A stretch of 58,557 bases of DNA from Roseomonas sp. (GTDB taxonomy: Bacteria; Pseudomonadota; Alphaproteobacteria; Acetobacterales; Acetobacteraceae). Numbering within the stretch: the first letter of the stretch is position 1; each line of letters opens with the position of its first letter. The translations under genes were made by a program, and so were the position numbers. The DNA is taken from the NCBI GenBank assembly GCA_040398485.1, contig JBBAUC010000001.1, forward strand, positions 1-58,557, read 5' to 3'. Of this stretch, positions 1 through 10,134 are shown piece after piece. Below the pieces are notes generated by a model that was not told the origin of the DNA, did not search any database, and worked only from the letters and a program-made list of their open reading frames with translations.

Positions 1-18
1 GAGTTGTTCCGGAAATGA
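1..18 (+). CDS. 3' end of an upstream gene, probably bchM (truncated by window edge)
   Basis: Reads ELFRK-stop with TGA overlapping the lhaA ATG (ATGA). bchM normally precedes lhaA; identity is from synteny only. Confidence 0.35.
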   Translation, partial: ELFRK

Positions 19-1478
19 GCGAGGTGAATGACCGTTTGGCGCGACTTTGGACAGGGATCAGCCTGAATGTGCTGCCCTTTGCCGAGTCCACCAGCGGACC
101 CTTGCCGATGAAAAGGCTGTTGCGCCTTTCACTGTTCCAGATTTCCTGCGGCATGACCGCGGTGCTGATGGTTGGCACACTCAACCGCGTCATGATTGTT
201 GAAATGGGTGTGGCGGCAAGCCTGGTTGCCATCATGGTCGCGCTGCCGCTGCTTTTCGCGCCGCTGCGCGCCCTGATTGGGTTTCGTTCCGACTCGCATC
301 GCTCTGTACTCGGTTGGCGCCGCGTGCCCTATTTGTGGCTCGGCAGCATCATCCAGTTTGGTGGGCTGGCGATGATGCCCTTTGCCCTGATCATCTTGTC
401 CGGCGATACCTGGGCGCCGCCCTGGGTGGCACAGCTTGCCGCGGCACTGGCCTTCCTGATGGTGGGTGTGGGCATGCATACCGTTCAGACGGTGGGCCTG
501 GCTTTGGCGACTGATATTGTGCCGCGCGACGCGCAACCAAACGTCGTTACGATGCTCTCGCTCATGCAGTTGATTGGCATGGTGATTTCAGCGATCGCTT
601 TTGGTGCATTCCTTGCTGATTTCTCGCAGATCAAGCTGATCCAGCTTGTGCAGGGCATGGCGGCTGCAACGCTGGTGATCAACCTTGTCGCTGCCTGGAA
701 GCAGGAACCGCGTCGGCCGGATCTCACTGTGGGACGCGCCAAAGGGGATCCAGGTTTTCGTGAAAGTTTAAGGCTTTTGCGTAAGTCAGGCCCGTGGGAT
801 CGCCGCTTGCTTGCTGCCGCGCTTGGTACAGCGGCCTTTGGCATGCAGGATGTGCTGCTGGAACCTTATGGTGGGCAAATTCTTTCACTTGGCGTTGGTG
901 CGACAACGGCCTTGACGGCACTTTTTGCGAGCGGCGCGGTTCTGGGCTTCCTGCGCGCGGCACCCTTGCTTAGCCGAGGGATGCATGCGCAGCGTGTTGC
1001 CAGTGCCGGGGCGATGGTGGGCATTTCCGGTTTTGTGCTGGTGATTTTCGCGGCGCCACTTGATTCAACCATTGTCTTCGCGGCTGGAACTGCAGCTGTC
1101 GGTTTTGGTGCGGGGCTGTTTGCGCATGCCACATTGACTGGCTGCATGCAGGCGGCGCCAGAAGGGCAGATCGGCCTAACACTTGGCGTTTGGGGTGCTG
1201 TGACCGCGACAGCAGGCGGCGCTGCCGTCGCCCTCGGCGGTGTGATCCGTGATGTTGTTTCTTCACTTGCTACAGCGGGCATACTTGGTGCGGGTTTGGA
1301 CGCCCCAAGCACCGGGTATGTTTTCGTGTATCTCGTCGAAATTCTCCTGCTGTTCATGATGCTTGCCGTTGTGGGCCCCCTACTGCGGGCAAACGACAAT
1401 ACTTCTTCAAGGTCTCAACACGATGCAGGCCGGCCGGTCCTGGCTGGGCTGCAAAACCAACATGGAGCATTGCCATGA
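15..1478 (+). CDS. lhaA: PucC/LhaA family (BCD) MFS protein, LH1 assembly factor
   Basis: RLLRLSLFQ, GTLNRVMIVE, GWRRVPY and QDVLLEPYGG motifs; about 12 hydrophobic segments; directly upstream of puhA. Confidence 0.93.
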   Translation: MSEVNDRLARLWTGISLNVLPFAESTSGPLPMKRLLRLSLFQISCGMTAVLMVGTLNRVMIVEMGVAASLVAIMVALPLLFAPLRALIGFRSDSHRSVLGWRRVPYLWLGSIIQFGGLAMMPFALIILSGDTWAPPWVAQLAAALAFLMVGVGMHTVQTVGLALATDIVPRDAQPNVVTMLSLMQLIGMVISAIAFGAFLADFSQIKLIQLVQGMAAATLVINLVAAWKQEPRRPDLTVGRAKGDPGFRESLRLLRKSGPWDRRLLAAALGTAAFGMQDVLLEPYGGQILSLGVGATTALTALFASGAVLGFLRAAPLLSRGMHAQRVASAGAMVGISGFVLVIFAAPLDSTIVFAAGTAAVGFGAGLFAHATLTGCMQAAPEGQIGLTLGVWGAVTATAGGAAVALGGVIRDVVSSLATAGILGAGLDAPSTGYVFVYLVEILLLFMMLAVVGPLLRANDNTSSRSQHDAGRPVLAGLQNQHGALP

Positions 1479-2257
1479 CAACACCCGCAACGCCGGTCTT
1501 TTTGGATTTGGCAGCCGTTTCTCTCTATATCTTCTTCGCCTTCTTCGCTGGGCTGGTCTACTATCTAATCCGCGAAGGTAGGCGGGAAGGCTTTCCGTTG
1601 GTTGCCGAATTGCCGGATCGTCTGGGCGTCGCCACGTTGCACGGCTCCCCTGAAATGCCTGCCGCGAAAGTATTCCGTCTGCATTACCCAGAAGGTGCGA
1701 CGGTTGTGCAGGGTGTTCGGCCGGAACGTGACGTTGATGCGCAGCTTTCGCCGGATTATCCTTATCCGGGCACAGCTTTCGTGCCGACTGGTGACGCCAT
1801 GCAGGATGGCGTTGGGCCGGCTTCCTACGCTGATCGCGCCGATACGCCGGATTTGGCTTTTGATGACAATAAGCCGAAAATCGTGCCGCTTCGTGCCGCG
1901 CCTGGCTGGCACATCGCCCATGAGGATCCGGACCCGCGCGGCAAATCGGTGATTACCTTGGATGGCGTTGTAGCCGGAACAGTTGTTGACCTTTGGGTTG
2001 ATCGTTCTGAATACATCCTGCGCTATGTGGAAACTGAGGTTCCTGGCGGGCGGCGCGTTCTGGTCCCGATTTTCCTCTGCACATTCACTGATGAGGGCAC
2101 AGCGCGTGTGATTTCCGTCACGGCGGCACAATTCGCTGCGGCGCCGGGCATTGCGCGTCCTGAACAGATCACCCTGCTCGAGGAAGATCGTATTTCGGGT
2201 TACTTCGGTGGCGGCCATTTCTACGCCACGCCTGAGCGTAGCGAGTCCTGCCTGTGA
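1475..2257 (+). CDS. puhA: Photosynthetic reaction centre H subunit
   Basis: Single N-terminal TM helix followed by RREGFPL; GVGPASYADRAD; DPDPRG; PRC-barrel DLWVDRSE; ITLLEEDRISGYFGGG. Confidence 0.97.
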   Translation: MTTPATPVFLDLAAVSLYIFFAFFAGLVYYLIREGRREGFPLVAELPDRLGVATLHGSPEMPAAKVFRLHYPEGATVVQGVRPERDVDAQLSPDYPYPGTAFVPTGDAMQDGVGPASYADRADTPDLAFDDNKPKIVPLRAAPGWHIAHEDPDPRGKSVITLDGVVAGTVVDLWVDRSEYILRYVETEVPGGRRVLVPIFLCTFTDEGTARVISVTAAQFAAAPGIARPEQITLLEEDRISGYFGGGHFYATPERSESCL

Positions 2258-2925
2258 GCAAGCCCGCCCGCCCCCGCCTGACTGAGCATGGTTTGGAGCC
2301 AGTGCGCGGTCTTCCGGAAGCGCTGCCTCCCGGAGAGGTCTTGCTTTGGCAAGGGGCGCCAACATGGGCGGAGATCGCCCAGCGTGTTTTCCTTGTGCGC
2401 TGGGTCGTTGGCTATTTCTTGATCTTGGCGCTCTGGGAAATACTCAGTGCCGCCATGCAGGGGAGGGAATTGGTTGCGGCATTTGGCGCTGCGGCTGTAA
2501 TTCTCCTTGGCGGTGGGGTCGCGATTGGCATACTTGCCTTGCTTGCCAAAATTGTAGCACGCAGCAGTGTTTATTCCATCACCTCGCGGCGCTTGGTGCT
2601 GCGCGTTGGTGTCGCCTTGCCGATTACGATCAATATCCCCTTTGTCGCTATCGCGGGGGCATATTTGCGCAATCGCAAGGATAGCAGTGGCGATATAGTG
2701 CTGGAATTGCTCCCTTCACATCGCATTTCATGGATTGCTCTGTGGCCGCATTGCAGTGGCTGGAGCCTTGGTCGGCCAAAGCCCATGCTGCGCGGTGTGG
2801 CGAATGCGGCGGAAGTGGCTAAGATTTTGGGTGATGCAGTTGCTGCCACTTCAGGGGCAGGTATCAGCCGCAGCGTATCAGGGCCAGAAGCCGCGATGCC
2901 TAGTGGCGCGACGGCGATGGCGTAA
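2254..2925 (+). CDS. puhB: Photosynthetic complex assembly protein PuhB
   Basis: EPVRGLPEALPPGEVLLWQGAP, YSITSRRLVLRVGVALP and LWPH..W...PKPMLR motifs; follows puhA with GTGA overlap. Confidence 0.92.
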   Translation: MSKPARPRLTEHGLEPVRGLPEALPPGEVLLWQGAPTWAEIAQRVFLVRWVVGYFLILALWEILSAAMQGRELVAAFGAAAVILLGGGVAIGILALLAKIVARSSVYSITSRRLVLRVGVALPITINIPFVAIAGAYLRNRKDSSGDIVLELLPSHRISWIALWPHCSGWSLGRPKPMLRGVANAAEVAKILGDAVAATSGAGISRSVSGPEAAMPSGATAMA

Positions 2926-2935
2926 GGGGACAGAA

Positions 2936-3391
2936 ATGGCATCCAAGGCAATAGCGCCGCGCGCTGACTACCTGGGCTATGGCCTTGGGGCGATTATGGC
3001 CTTTGTTCTTGCGTTTGTCGTGCTGAGCGCTGGCGAAAAGAATCAGGACCGCCGTCCTGTGAATGAGGCAACCTTCGCGCGCAGTGTTCTATTTAGCGAT
3101 CGGCTTGATGGCGGGATTTCCATCCGTGATGCCTCGACCGGCCAAATGATTGGCGAAATCTCGCCCGGTGAGGGCGGCTTTGTGCGCGGTGCCCTGCGCG
3201 GCTTTGCGCGCGAAAGAAGACTAGAAAATCCTGGCGTGGAAAGCGCTTTTCGGTTGGCTGCTGTGCCGGGTGGAGCTATCATTCTGGAAGACCCGGTAAG
3301 CGGGCGCTGGACGGATCTGCGGGCTTTTGGCGCGACAAACGTGCAAAGCTTCGCCGATATTCTTTTCAAAAAAAATGAGGAAGGCAAATGA
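2936..3391 (+). CDS. puhC: Photosynthetic complex assembly protein PuhC
   Basis: ATG at 2936 after AGGGGA RBS; N-terminal TM; F.DR.DG, GFVRGALRGFARERR and DLRAFGATNV.F motifs. Confidence 0.9.
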   Translation: MASKAIAPRADYLGYGLGAIMAFVLAFVVLSAGEKNQDRRPVNEATFARSVLFSDRLDGGISIRDASTGQMIGEISPGEGGFVRGALRGFARERRLENPGVESAFRLAAVPGGAIILEDPVSGRWTDLRAFGATNVQSFADILFKKNEEGK

Positions 3392-3693
3392 ACGAAAGAA
3401 ATGAAAGGCGGAGGGGAAGACGCTTCGACGTTCCCTGTACCGTTGAAATCGAACGCAGCTTTGATAGTTTTCACGCCTATGCGGTGCCTGAAGACGTTAT
3501 GCTGCGTCCTGGTGATCAGGTGATCGTGCATGGCGCGCCTGCCCAGGTGGCATTCGGTGAAAAATACAGCTTCGAAACCTCGGCGACCGTCATTCGGGCA
3601 GGTTTCTTTCGCCGGCATTGGACGCAGTTTTGTTCGATCCTGGAGCTTACCGAACTCTATCACGTTGGCTTTGAGCCGAAGGAGGCCACATGA
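3388..3693 (+). CDS. Conserved hypothetical protein of photosynthesis clusters (between puhC and acsF)
   Basis: ATGA overlaps at both ends; [13 protein letters not shown] and [13 protein letters not shown] pattern typical of this position. Confidence 0.8.
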   Translation: MNERNERRRGRRFDVPCTVEIERSFDSFHAYAVPEDVMLRPGDQVIVHGAPAQVAFGEKYSFETSATVIRAGFFRRHWTQFCSILELTELYHVGFEPKEAT

Positions 3694-4766
3694 ACGCGGT
3701 GAGCCATCCGATGCGGGAAAACCTCTCGCGTGAAACAACAGAATTGGCGCTGACCGAAACCCCTCTTTCGCCGCGCTTCTACACCACTGATTTTGCCGCG
3801 ATGGACGCCATCAATGTGGAGCCCGTTCGCGCCGAGTGGGATCGCCTGATGGAGGAATTCCATCGCGACCCCAATAAGGGCCACTTTGTCCGCGATGAGC
3901 GTTTTGACGCTTTTCGGCTGGATGCGTTGCCAGAGGGCTTGCAGAAAGAATTGGTTGATTTTCTGGTGAGCAGTGTGACAGCGGAATTCTCCGGCTGCGT
4001 ACTCTACGCAGAAATCAAGAAGCGCGTGAAAAACCCTGACATACGCGAGCTGTTTTCAGTCATGGCGCGTGATGAAAGCCGCCATGCTGGCTTCATCAAT
4101 GACGCGTTGAAGGACCTTGGCATTGGCGTTGATCTTGGCTTTCTAACGCGCGCCAAGAAGTATCACTACTTCCAGCCGAAATTCATCTTCTACGCTACCT
4201 ATCTGAGCGAGAAGATCGGCTACGCGCGCTACATCACGATCTTCCGTCAATTCGAACGTCACCCGGAACTTCGTTTCCATCCTATTTTCCAGTGGTTCGA
4301 GAATTGGTGCAATGACGAATTCCGCCATGGGGAAGCCTTTGCGCTGCTGATGCGCGCAAATCCAAAGCTTCTGACTGGTGTCAACGCGTGGTGGTGCCGT
4401 TTCTTCCAGCTTGCGGTATTTGCCACAATGTATGTGCGCGACCATGGGCGCCCGGAATTCCATAAGGCGCTTGGCATGACGCCAACGGAATATGATCGGC
4501 AAGTGTTCAAAATCACGGAGGAGATTTGCCGTCAGGTATTCCCCGTGACTTTGGATGTCGATGCGCCTGGCTTCATGGAAGACATGGATCGGCTCCTGCA
4601 GGTATCCGAGAAAATGAGCGATGCGCGCCGGCAAGGTGGCATTGGCGGAGGGGTGCGTCGGATCGGTCTCGGCATTTCTGCGGCGACCACATTTGCGAAG
4701 CTATTCTTCCGTCGCCCGAGGAGGCAACCGCTTCCTGCCGAAATTCGTCTCTCACCGGTTTGGTAA
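3690..4766 (+). CDS. acsF: Aerobic Mg-protoporphyrin IX monomethyl ester cyclase
   Basis: [19 protein letters not shown], di-iron ExxH motifs RDESRHAG and [19 protein letters not shown]. Confidence 0.97.
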   Translation: MNAVSHPMRENLSRETTELALTETPLSPRFYTTDFAAMDAINVEPVRAEWDRLMEEFHRDPNKGHFVRDERFDAFRLDALPEGLQKELVDFLVSSVTAEFSGCVLYAEIKKRVKNPDIRELFSVMARDESRHAGFINDALKDLGIGVDLGFLTRAKKYHYFQPKFIFYATYLSEKIGYARYITIFRQFERHPELRFHPIFQWFENWCNDEFRHGEAFALLMRANPKLLTGVNAWWCRFFQLAVFATMYVRDHGRPEFHKALGMTPTEYDRQVFKITEEICRQVFPVTLDVDAPGFMEDMDRLLQVSEKMSDARRQGGIGGGVRRIGLGISAATTFAKLFFRRPRRQPLPAEIRLSPVW

Positions 4767-4775
4767 CGAAGCGCC

Positions 4776-5834
4776 ATGCCTGAGAGCGTGACCGCCGCCC
4801 TGATCGCCATCTTTCTTTGGTGGCTGACGACTGGCGTCATTCTGTTCGCGGTCGCGACACTTGCGCATCAGCGCCTGACCCTTGGCGCGGCCTCGATGAT
4901 GTTGCTTTCTGCTGGTTTGATCACACTGCATCAGACCGCAGAGGATGTGAGCGCCGCCGGGGCCTATCTTTCCTTCCTGGCTGCCTTGGCGATTTGGGGA
5001 GCGGTGGAGATCAGCTTCCTTGGTGGGCTGATCACTGGGCCCAATCGCAAGGAATTGGCGTCTGATCTCACGGGCCTGCAACGCTTTTGGTCCGCAACGC
5101 GCGTTGTGCTCTGGCACGAAATATTCATTCTGGCATTGGGCTTCCTGTTGATTATCGCTTTCGCGCATGGACCCAACCGTATTGGCCTGATGACCTATGG
5201 CATTTTGTGGGTCATGCGTCTCAGCGCCAAGCTCAATTTGTATCTGGGCGTGCGCAATACGGGCGAGACGCTGCTGCCGGAGCATCTGCGCTACATGAGT
5301 AGCTATTTTGCCCATCGGCCAATGAATCTTCTTTTCCCCTTTTCCATCACGCTCGGCACGCTTTTGAGTGCCTGGCTGTTCCACCAGGCTTTTGCCGTTG
5401 GCGCGGATGCACATCAGCTGGTTGGCTTTATGTTGATCGCGACGATCGCCTCGCTCGCCGTGATTGAACATTGGTTCCTGATGCTTCCGCTGCCGATTGA
5501 AGCGCTTTGGCGTTGGGGAATGCGCGACAAGCATGCGCCAGCACAGACGGCGACCTGGTTCACCGATCGGAGCGGCCCTTTTGATACGCGGCCTTTGGAT
5601 GCGCTTTTAGCGCGCATCACCGCTGGCGCTTATGGATCGATTGAGAGCCTGAGAGGTTCCATTCGGTCGCCCGAAGGATGGCTCTCGCTCGATTTTGTAG
5701 ATGGTACCATGCATCTGCGGCGCGCTGCCGCAACCGAGGCCTCACGGACTGGCATTATAGTCACAGGTCGGCTGTTGGATATGCATGGTATTCAGTCAGA
5801 GTTTGAAGATTATGCGCTGAGGCATGGCGCATGA
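4776..5834 (+). CDS. puhE: PuhE (DUF3623) membrane protein with an extra C-terminal CobW_C-like domain
   Basis: WWLTTGVIL, SFLGGLITGP, RLSAKLNLYLGV, LPEHLRYMSSYF and EHWFLMLP motifs; about 95-aa soluble tail. Confidence 0.88.
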   Translation: MPESVTAALIAIFLWWLTTGVILFAVATLAHQRLTLGAASMMLLSAGLITLHQTAEDVSAAGAYLSFLAALAIWGAVEISFLGGLITGPNRKELASDLTGLQRFWSATRVVLWHEIFILALGFLLIIAFAHGPNRIGLMTYGILWVMRLSAKLNLYLGVRNTGETLLPEHLRYMSSYFAHRPMNLLFPFSITLGTLLSAWLFHQAFAVGADAHQLVGFMLIATIASLAVIEHWFLMLPLPIEALWRWGMRDKHAPAQTATWFTDRSGPFDTRPLDALLARITAGAYGSIESLRGSIRSPEGWLSLDFVDGTMHLRRAAATEASRTGIIVTGRLLDMHGIQSEFEDYALRHGA

Positions 5835-5948
5835 GGAAAAGCATCACCAAAGGCATGGCGTGGGGCCTTTTTTCGGGGAGTTGGACCGAAAGCGACCTGC
5901 GCACAATCGCAAGACCTGGAAAGTTATTCTGGGCAAGGAGAATGTGAC

Positions 5949-7160
5949 ATGAATTACGAGGAATTCTTCCAAGGACAGCTTGATAGCCTTCGCCGTGAGG
6001 GCAGATACCGCGTCTTTGCCGATTTGGAACGTCGCCGCGGCGAATTCCCGCGCGCCACACGCCATGACAAGGGTGTTCGTGGTGAGGTAACGGTGTGGTG
6101 TTCGAATGACTACCTTGGCATGGGTCAGCACCCTGATGTGCTGGATGCCATGCATGAAGCGCTGGATCGCTGCGGGGCAGGTGCGGGTGGTACGCGCAAT
6201 ATCTCTGGCACCAATCACGAACATGTTCTGCTTGAACGCGATCTGGCGGCACTGCATGGGCGTGAATCGGCCCTGCTGTTCAATTCCGGCTATATGTCGA
6301 ATTGGGCGTCGCTTTCTACGCTCGGGTCGAAGCTTCCGGGTTGCATCATTGTTTCTGATGAAATGAACCATGCCTCCATGATTGAAGGCATCCGTCACAG
6401 CAAAGCGAAGCGGGTTCTGTTTAAGCATAATGATGTGGCGGATTTGCGCCGCGTGCTGGCGGAACTGCCGAAATCAGCGCCGAAATTGGTGGCGTTCGAA
6501 AGTGTCTATTCCATGGATGGCGATATCGCCCCCATCAGCGATATCTGCGATGTGGCTGATGCCCATGGTGCCATGACCTATTGCGATGAAGTGCATGCGG
6601 TTGGGCTTTATGGCCAAAGCGGCGGCGGCATTACGGAACGCGATGGTATTGCGGGTCGCGTGACGGTGATTGAAGGCACGCTTGCCAAGGCGTTCGGCGT
6701 GATTGGCGGCTATATCGCTGGCAGCGCTGCCATGTGTGATTTTGTGCGTTCCTACGCCTCAGGCTTTATTTTCTCAACGGCGCTGCCGCCGGCGATTGCG
6801 GCAGGTGCCCGCGCCGCAATACGCCATTTGCGTCAGAGCAATCTTGAACGGGAACGCCTGCATGAACGCGCCGCGACGCTTCGGCAGCGCTTGAACGCCG
6901 TTGGCGTGCCGCATCTTGATAACCTCAGCCACATTGTCCCGGTGATGGTGGGCGATCCAACTCTCTGCAAGCAGCTCAGTGATACCTTGCTTGATGAGCA
7001 CGGCATTTACGTGCAGCCCATCAATTATCCAACCGTCCCGCGCGGTACGGAAAGGCTGCGCATTACGCCATCGCCCGTCCACACTGATGCGGATATGGAT
7101 CATTTGGTGGAATCACTGGAACGGGTTTGGGCGCAGTTTCGGTTGCGGCGGGCCGCGTGA
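5949..7160 (+). CDS. hemA: 5-aminolevulinate synthase
   Basis: [33 protein letters not shown] lysine in [22 protein letters not shown]. Confidence 0.97.
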   Translation: MNYEEFFQGQLDSLRREGRYRVFADLERRRGEFPRATRHDKGVRGEVTVWCSNDYLGMGQHPDVLDAMHEALDRCGAGAGGTRNISGTNHEHVLLERDLAALHGRESALLFNSGYMSNWASLSTLGSKLPGCIIVSDEMNHASMIEGIRHSKAKRVLFKHNDVADLRRVLAELPKSAPKLVAFESVYSMDGDIAPISDICDVADAHGAMTYCDEVHAVGLYGQSGGGITERDGIAGRVTVIEGTLAKAFGVIGGYIAGSAAMCDFVRSYASGFIFSTALPPAIAAGARAAIRHLRQSNLERERLHERAATLRQRLNAVGVPHLDNLSHIVPVMVGDPTLCKQLSDTLLDEHGIYVQPINYPTVPRGTERLRITPSPVHTDADMDHLVESLERVWAQFRLRRAA

Positions 7161-8305
7161 TGGACGGCGCAGTGTCGGGTTTCCAGCCGGCCAATAGGTC
7201 CGGCCCGGAAGCGCAGATTTCTCGTCGAGCAGCGCCACGCCAGAGTGCAGACAAAGCCGACCACGCAATCCCGTCACCCCGTCGCAACGCCTACCCCTTC
7301 AGCGCCATTGTCGGCCAGGAGGAGATGAAGCGTGCGCTGATGATTGCCGCTGTTGATCCAAGCATTGGTGGTGTTCTGGTGTTCGGGGATCGCGGCACCG
7401 GCAAATCTACGGCAGTGCGCTCACTTGCGGCGCTATTGCCCGAAATGGCTGTCGTCGCCGGCTGTCCTTTTGCTTGCGATCCAGCGGCACCGCTTGCGTC
7501 CTGTTCGCATTGCGGCGCACTGCCCAAGGGCAAAAAAGCGGAAAAGCGGATGGTCCCGGTGCCGGTGGTGGATTTGCCCCTTGGTACCACGGAAGATCGC
7601 CTGGCTGGCGCGCTTGATATCGAAAGGGCCTTGGCGCAGGGCATCAAGGCTTTCGAGCCTGGGCTGCTTGCCGCGGCGCATCGCGGGTTTCTCTATATTG
7701 ATGAGGTGAACCTGCTTGAAGATCATTTGGTTGATCTTCTGCTGGATGTCGCGGCTTCGGGCGAGAATGTTGTGGAGCGCGAAGGCATCAGCCTGCGCCA
7801 CCCTGCACGCTTTGTGTTGATTGGCAGCGGCAATCCTGAAGAAGGTGAATTGCGCCCGCAATTGCTCGATCGCTTCGGCCTTTCGGTTGAAGTCTCAACA
7901 CCAACAGACCTTGCCAGCCGGGTTGAAGTGGTTTGTCGGCGCGATGCCTATGACCGGGATGCTTCTGGCTTCATCAAACAATGGGCGGAGGACGAAGCGC
8001 GTACGCGTGAGACAGTCCTTGCCGGCAGAAAGCGACTGAGTTCAGTCACGCTCCCGCTTGGCACGATTGAACAGGCCGCCAAGCTTTGCATGGCGCTTGG
8101 CACGGATGGGTTGCGGGGTGAATTGACCCTTGTGCGCGCAGCACGAGCACTTGCCGCACTTGAAGGCGATTTGGAAGTCGGAACGGTGCATCTGCGCCGT
8201 ATTGCGGCTTCCGCGTTGCGGCATAGATTGCGCCGCAATCCCCTTGATGAAACCGTTGCGACGACGCGCGTGGAAAAGGCGCTCGAAGACGTCTTCGGGC
8301 CATGA
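7160..8305 (+). CDS. bchI: Magnesium chelatase ATPase subunit I
   Basis: YPFSAIVGQEEMK, Walker A GDRGTGKS, YIDEVNLL, NPEEGELRPQLLDRFG; start placed at the ATG overlapping the hemA stop. Confidence 0.96.
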   Translation: MDGAVSGFQPANRSGPEAQISRRAAPRQSADKADHAIPSPRRNAYPFSAIVGQEEMKRALMIAAVDPSIGGVLVFGDRGTGKSTAVRSLAALLPEMAVVAGCPFACDPAAPLASCSHCGALPKGKKAEKRMVPVPVVDLPLGTTEDRLAGALDIERALAQGIKAFEPGLLAAAHRGFLYIDEVNLLEDHLVDLLLDVAASGENVVEREGISLRHPARFVLIGSGNPEEGELRPQLLDRFGLSVEVSTPTDLASRVEVVCRRDAYDRDASGFIKQWAEDEARTRETVLAGRKRLSSVTLPLGTIEQAAKLCMALGTDGLRGELTLVRAARALAALEGDLEVGTVHLRRIAASALRHRLRRNPLDETVATTRVEKALEDVFGP

Positions 8306-8330
8306 GGATGCGGCGCCGGAGCCTCAACCG

Positions 8331-10130
8331 ATGAGCGGTCTGGCCGCAACCAGCGCCGATGCAAAGCGCATCGAGGCTCCGGATGCGGAGAATGTTGCGC
8401 TGCAGATTGCAGCGTTGCTGGCCGTTGATCCTGCTGGCCTCGCGGGTGTTGTGCTGCGCGGGCCGGCCGATCCTAGGCGTGATGAATGGCTTGAAGCCTT
8501 GCGCAAGATGCTGCCGGCCGGGGTGCCGTGGCGGCGTGTGCCTTTGGGTATCGCCGATACCCGCTTGCTGGGCGGGCTTGATCTTACCTCAAGCCTGAGT
8601 GCCGGGCGACCCATCGCGCAACAGGGCCTGCTGGCCGAGGCTGACGGCGGGATCATCATCCTGCCCATGGCTGAGCGCGTGGAAAGCCAGCTGATTGCGC
8701 GCATCGCCGCCGTGTTGGATCACGGTGCGCTGCGCGTGGAGCGTGAGGGCATTACGCTTGCGCGCGATACGCGCTTCGGAGTCGTTGCGCTTGATGAAGG
8801 CGCCGGCGAAGACGAGCAGGTAACTGAAGCGCTTTCAGATCGTCTTGCCTTCCGGCTTAGCTTCGAACCTTTTGGATTGCAGCGCGCGGTGCCTGATATG
8901 CCGACCCGTGCGGAGATTGAGGCAGCGCGGTTGCGCCTCGCGCATGTCGGAATACCGGCCGATCTGCCGCAAGCCTTTTGCGCGGCAGCCTTGGCGCTTG
9001 GTATTCTATCCCTGCGTGCGCCTATTTTTGCACTGCGTTGCGCCCGCGCTGCCGCGGCGCTTGCGGGGCGCGCGGAAGTAACCCGGGAAGATGCGGCGCT
9101 TGCGGCGCAACTCATTCTGGCACCGCGCGCGCGGCAAGTGCCCGAGGCGCCCGCTGAAGAACAGGAACAACCGCCCGAACAACAGCAGGAAGAATCATCC
9201 AATTCGGACACGCAGCAGCAGCAAGACCAGCCATCGCTGGAAGACCTTGTGCTTGCGGCGGCGCAGGCAAGCCTGCCGGCGGGATTGCTCGCGGGGCTTG
9301 GTGTCGCGGCACGGCAAATGGCGCGTCAGGCGGCATCTTCCGGTAGATCCGGTATGATGCGCCGTTCTGCCCAGCGCGGTCGGCCCATTGGTGCGCGCCC
9401 GGCGGCGTGGCGTGCGGGGTTGCGTTTGGCCTTGGTGGAAACGCTGCGCGTTGCCGCACCTTGGCAGGAATATCGCCGCCGCGAAAAACCGCATCACGCG
9501 GCGCTGGTGCATATCCGCCGAGAGGATGTGCGCATTCGCCGCTACAAGCAGAACAGCGAAACCACCACCATCTTCCTGGTGGATGCTTCAGGTTCGGCTG
9601 CGTTGCATCGCCTGGCGGAAGCCAAGGGCGCGGTGGAATTGCTGCTGGGCGATTGTTATGTGCGGCGCGATCGCGTGGCAGTGATTGCCTTCCGTGGCCG
9701 CAGCGCGGAAGTGCTGCTTGAACCTACACATTCGCTGGTGCGCGCCAAGCGCAGCCTGGCCGCCTTGCCTGGTGGCGGTGGTACGCCGCTCGCGGCCGGA
9801 ATGGTGGCCGGTTATGCTATGGCGGAAGCCAGTCGCAAGCGCGGGCAAACCCCCGTGATTGTCGCGCTGACAGATGGTCGCGCCAATGTCACGCGCGATG
9901 GTTCGGGCGGGCGTGCCACGGCGGAATCGGAAGCGCTGGATTCGGCGCGGTTGTTCAGGGCTTCTGGCATTGCCGCGTTGTTGATTGATACGGCGCCACG
10001 GCCGCATCCTTTCTCACGAGACCTCGCTTCTGCCATGGGCGCGCGCTATGTGCCGCTGCCTTTTGCCGATGCCGCGCGTATGTCGGCTGCCGTGCGCCAA
10101 GCCGCGCTTGCGCCAGCGTCGGGGTCTTGA
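8331..10130 (+). CDS. bchD: Magnesium chelatase subunit D
   Basis: Degenerate AAA domain, acidic Pro/Gln linker (PAEEQEQPPEQQQEE), vWA domain with DASGS MIDAS and GGGGTPLA; start uncertain. Confidence 0.94.
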   Translation: MSGLAATSADAKRIEAPDAENVALQIAALLAVDPAGLAGVVLRGPADPRRDEWLEALRKMLPAGVPWRRVPLGIADTRLLGGLDLTSSLSAGRPIAQQGLLAEADGGIIILPMAERVESQLIARIAAVLDHGALRVEREGITLARDTRFGVVALDEGAGEDEQVTEALSDRLAFRLSFEPFGLQRAVPDMPTRAEIEAARLRLAHVGIPADLPQAFCAAALALGILSLRAPIFALRCARAAAALAGRAEVTREDAALAAQLILAPRARQVPEAPAEEQEQPPEQQQEESSNSDTQQQQDQPSLEDLVLAAAQASLPAGLLAGLGVAARQMARQAASSGRSGMMRRSAQRGRPIGARPAAWRAGLRLALVETLRVAAPWQEYRRREKPHHAALVHIRREDVRIRRYKQNSETTTIFLVDASGSAALHRLAEAKGAVELLLGDCYVRRDRVAVIAFRGRSAEVLLEPTHSLVRAKRSLAALPGGGGTPLAAGMVAGYAMAEASRKRGQTPVIVALTDGRANVTRDGSGGRATAESEALDSARLFRASGIAALLIDTAPRPHPFSRDLASAMGARYVPLPFADAARMSAAVRQAALAPASGS

Positions 10131-10134
10131 TGCC

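Noticed and set aside
9160-9235. Low-complexity CAG/GAA-rich tract
   Set aside because: It encodes the normal acidic Pro/Gln linker of BchD.
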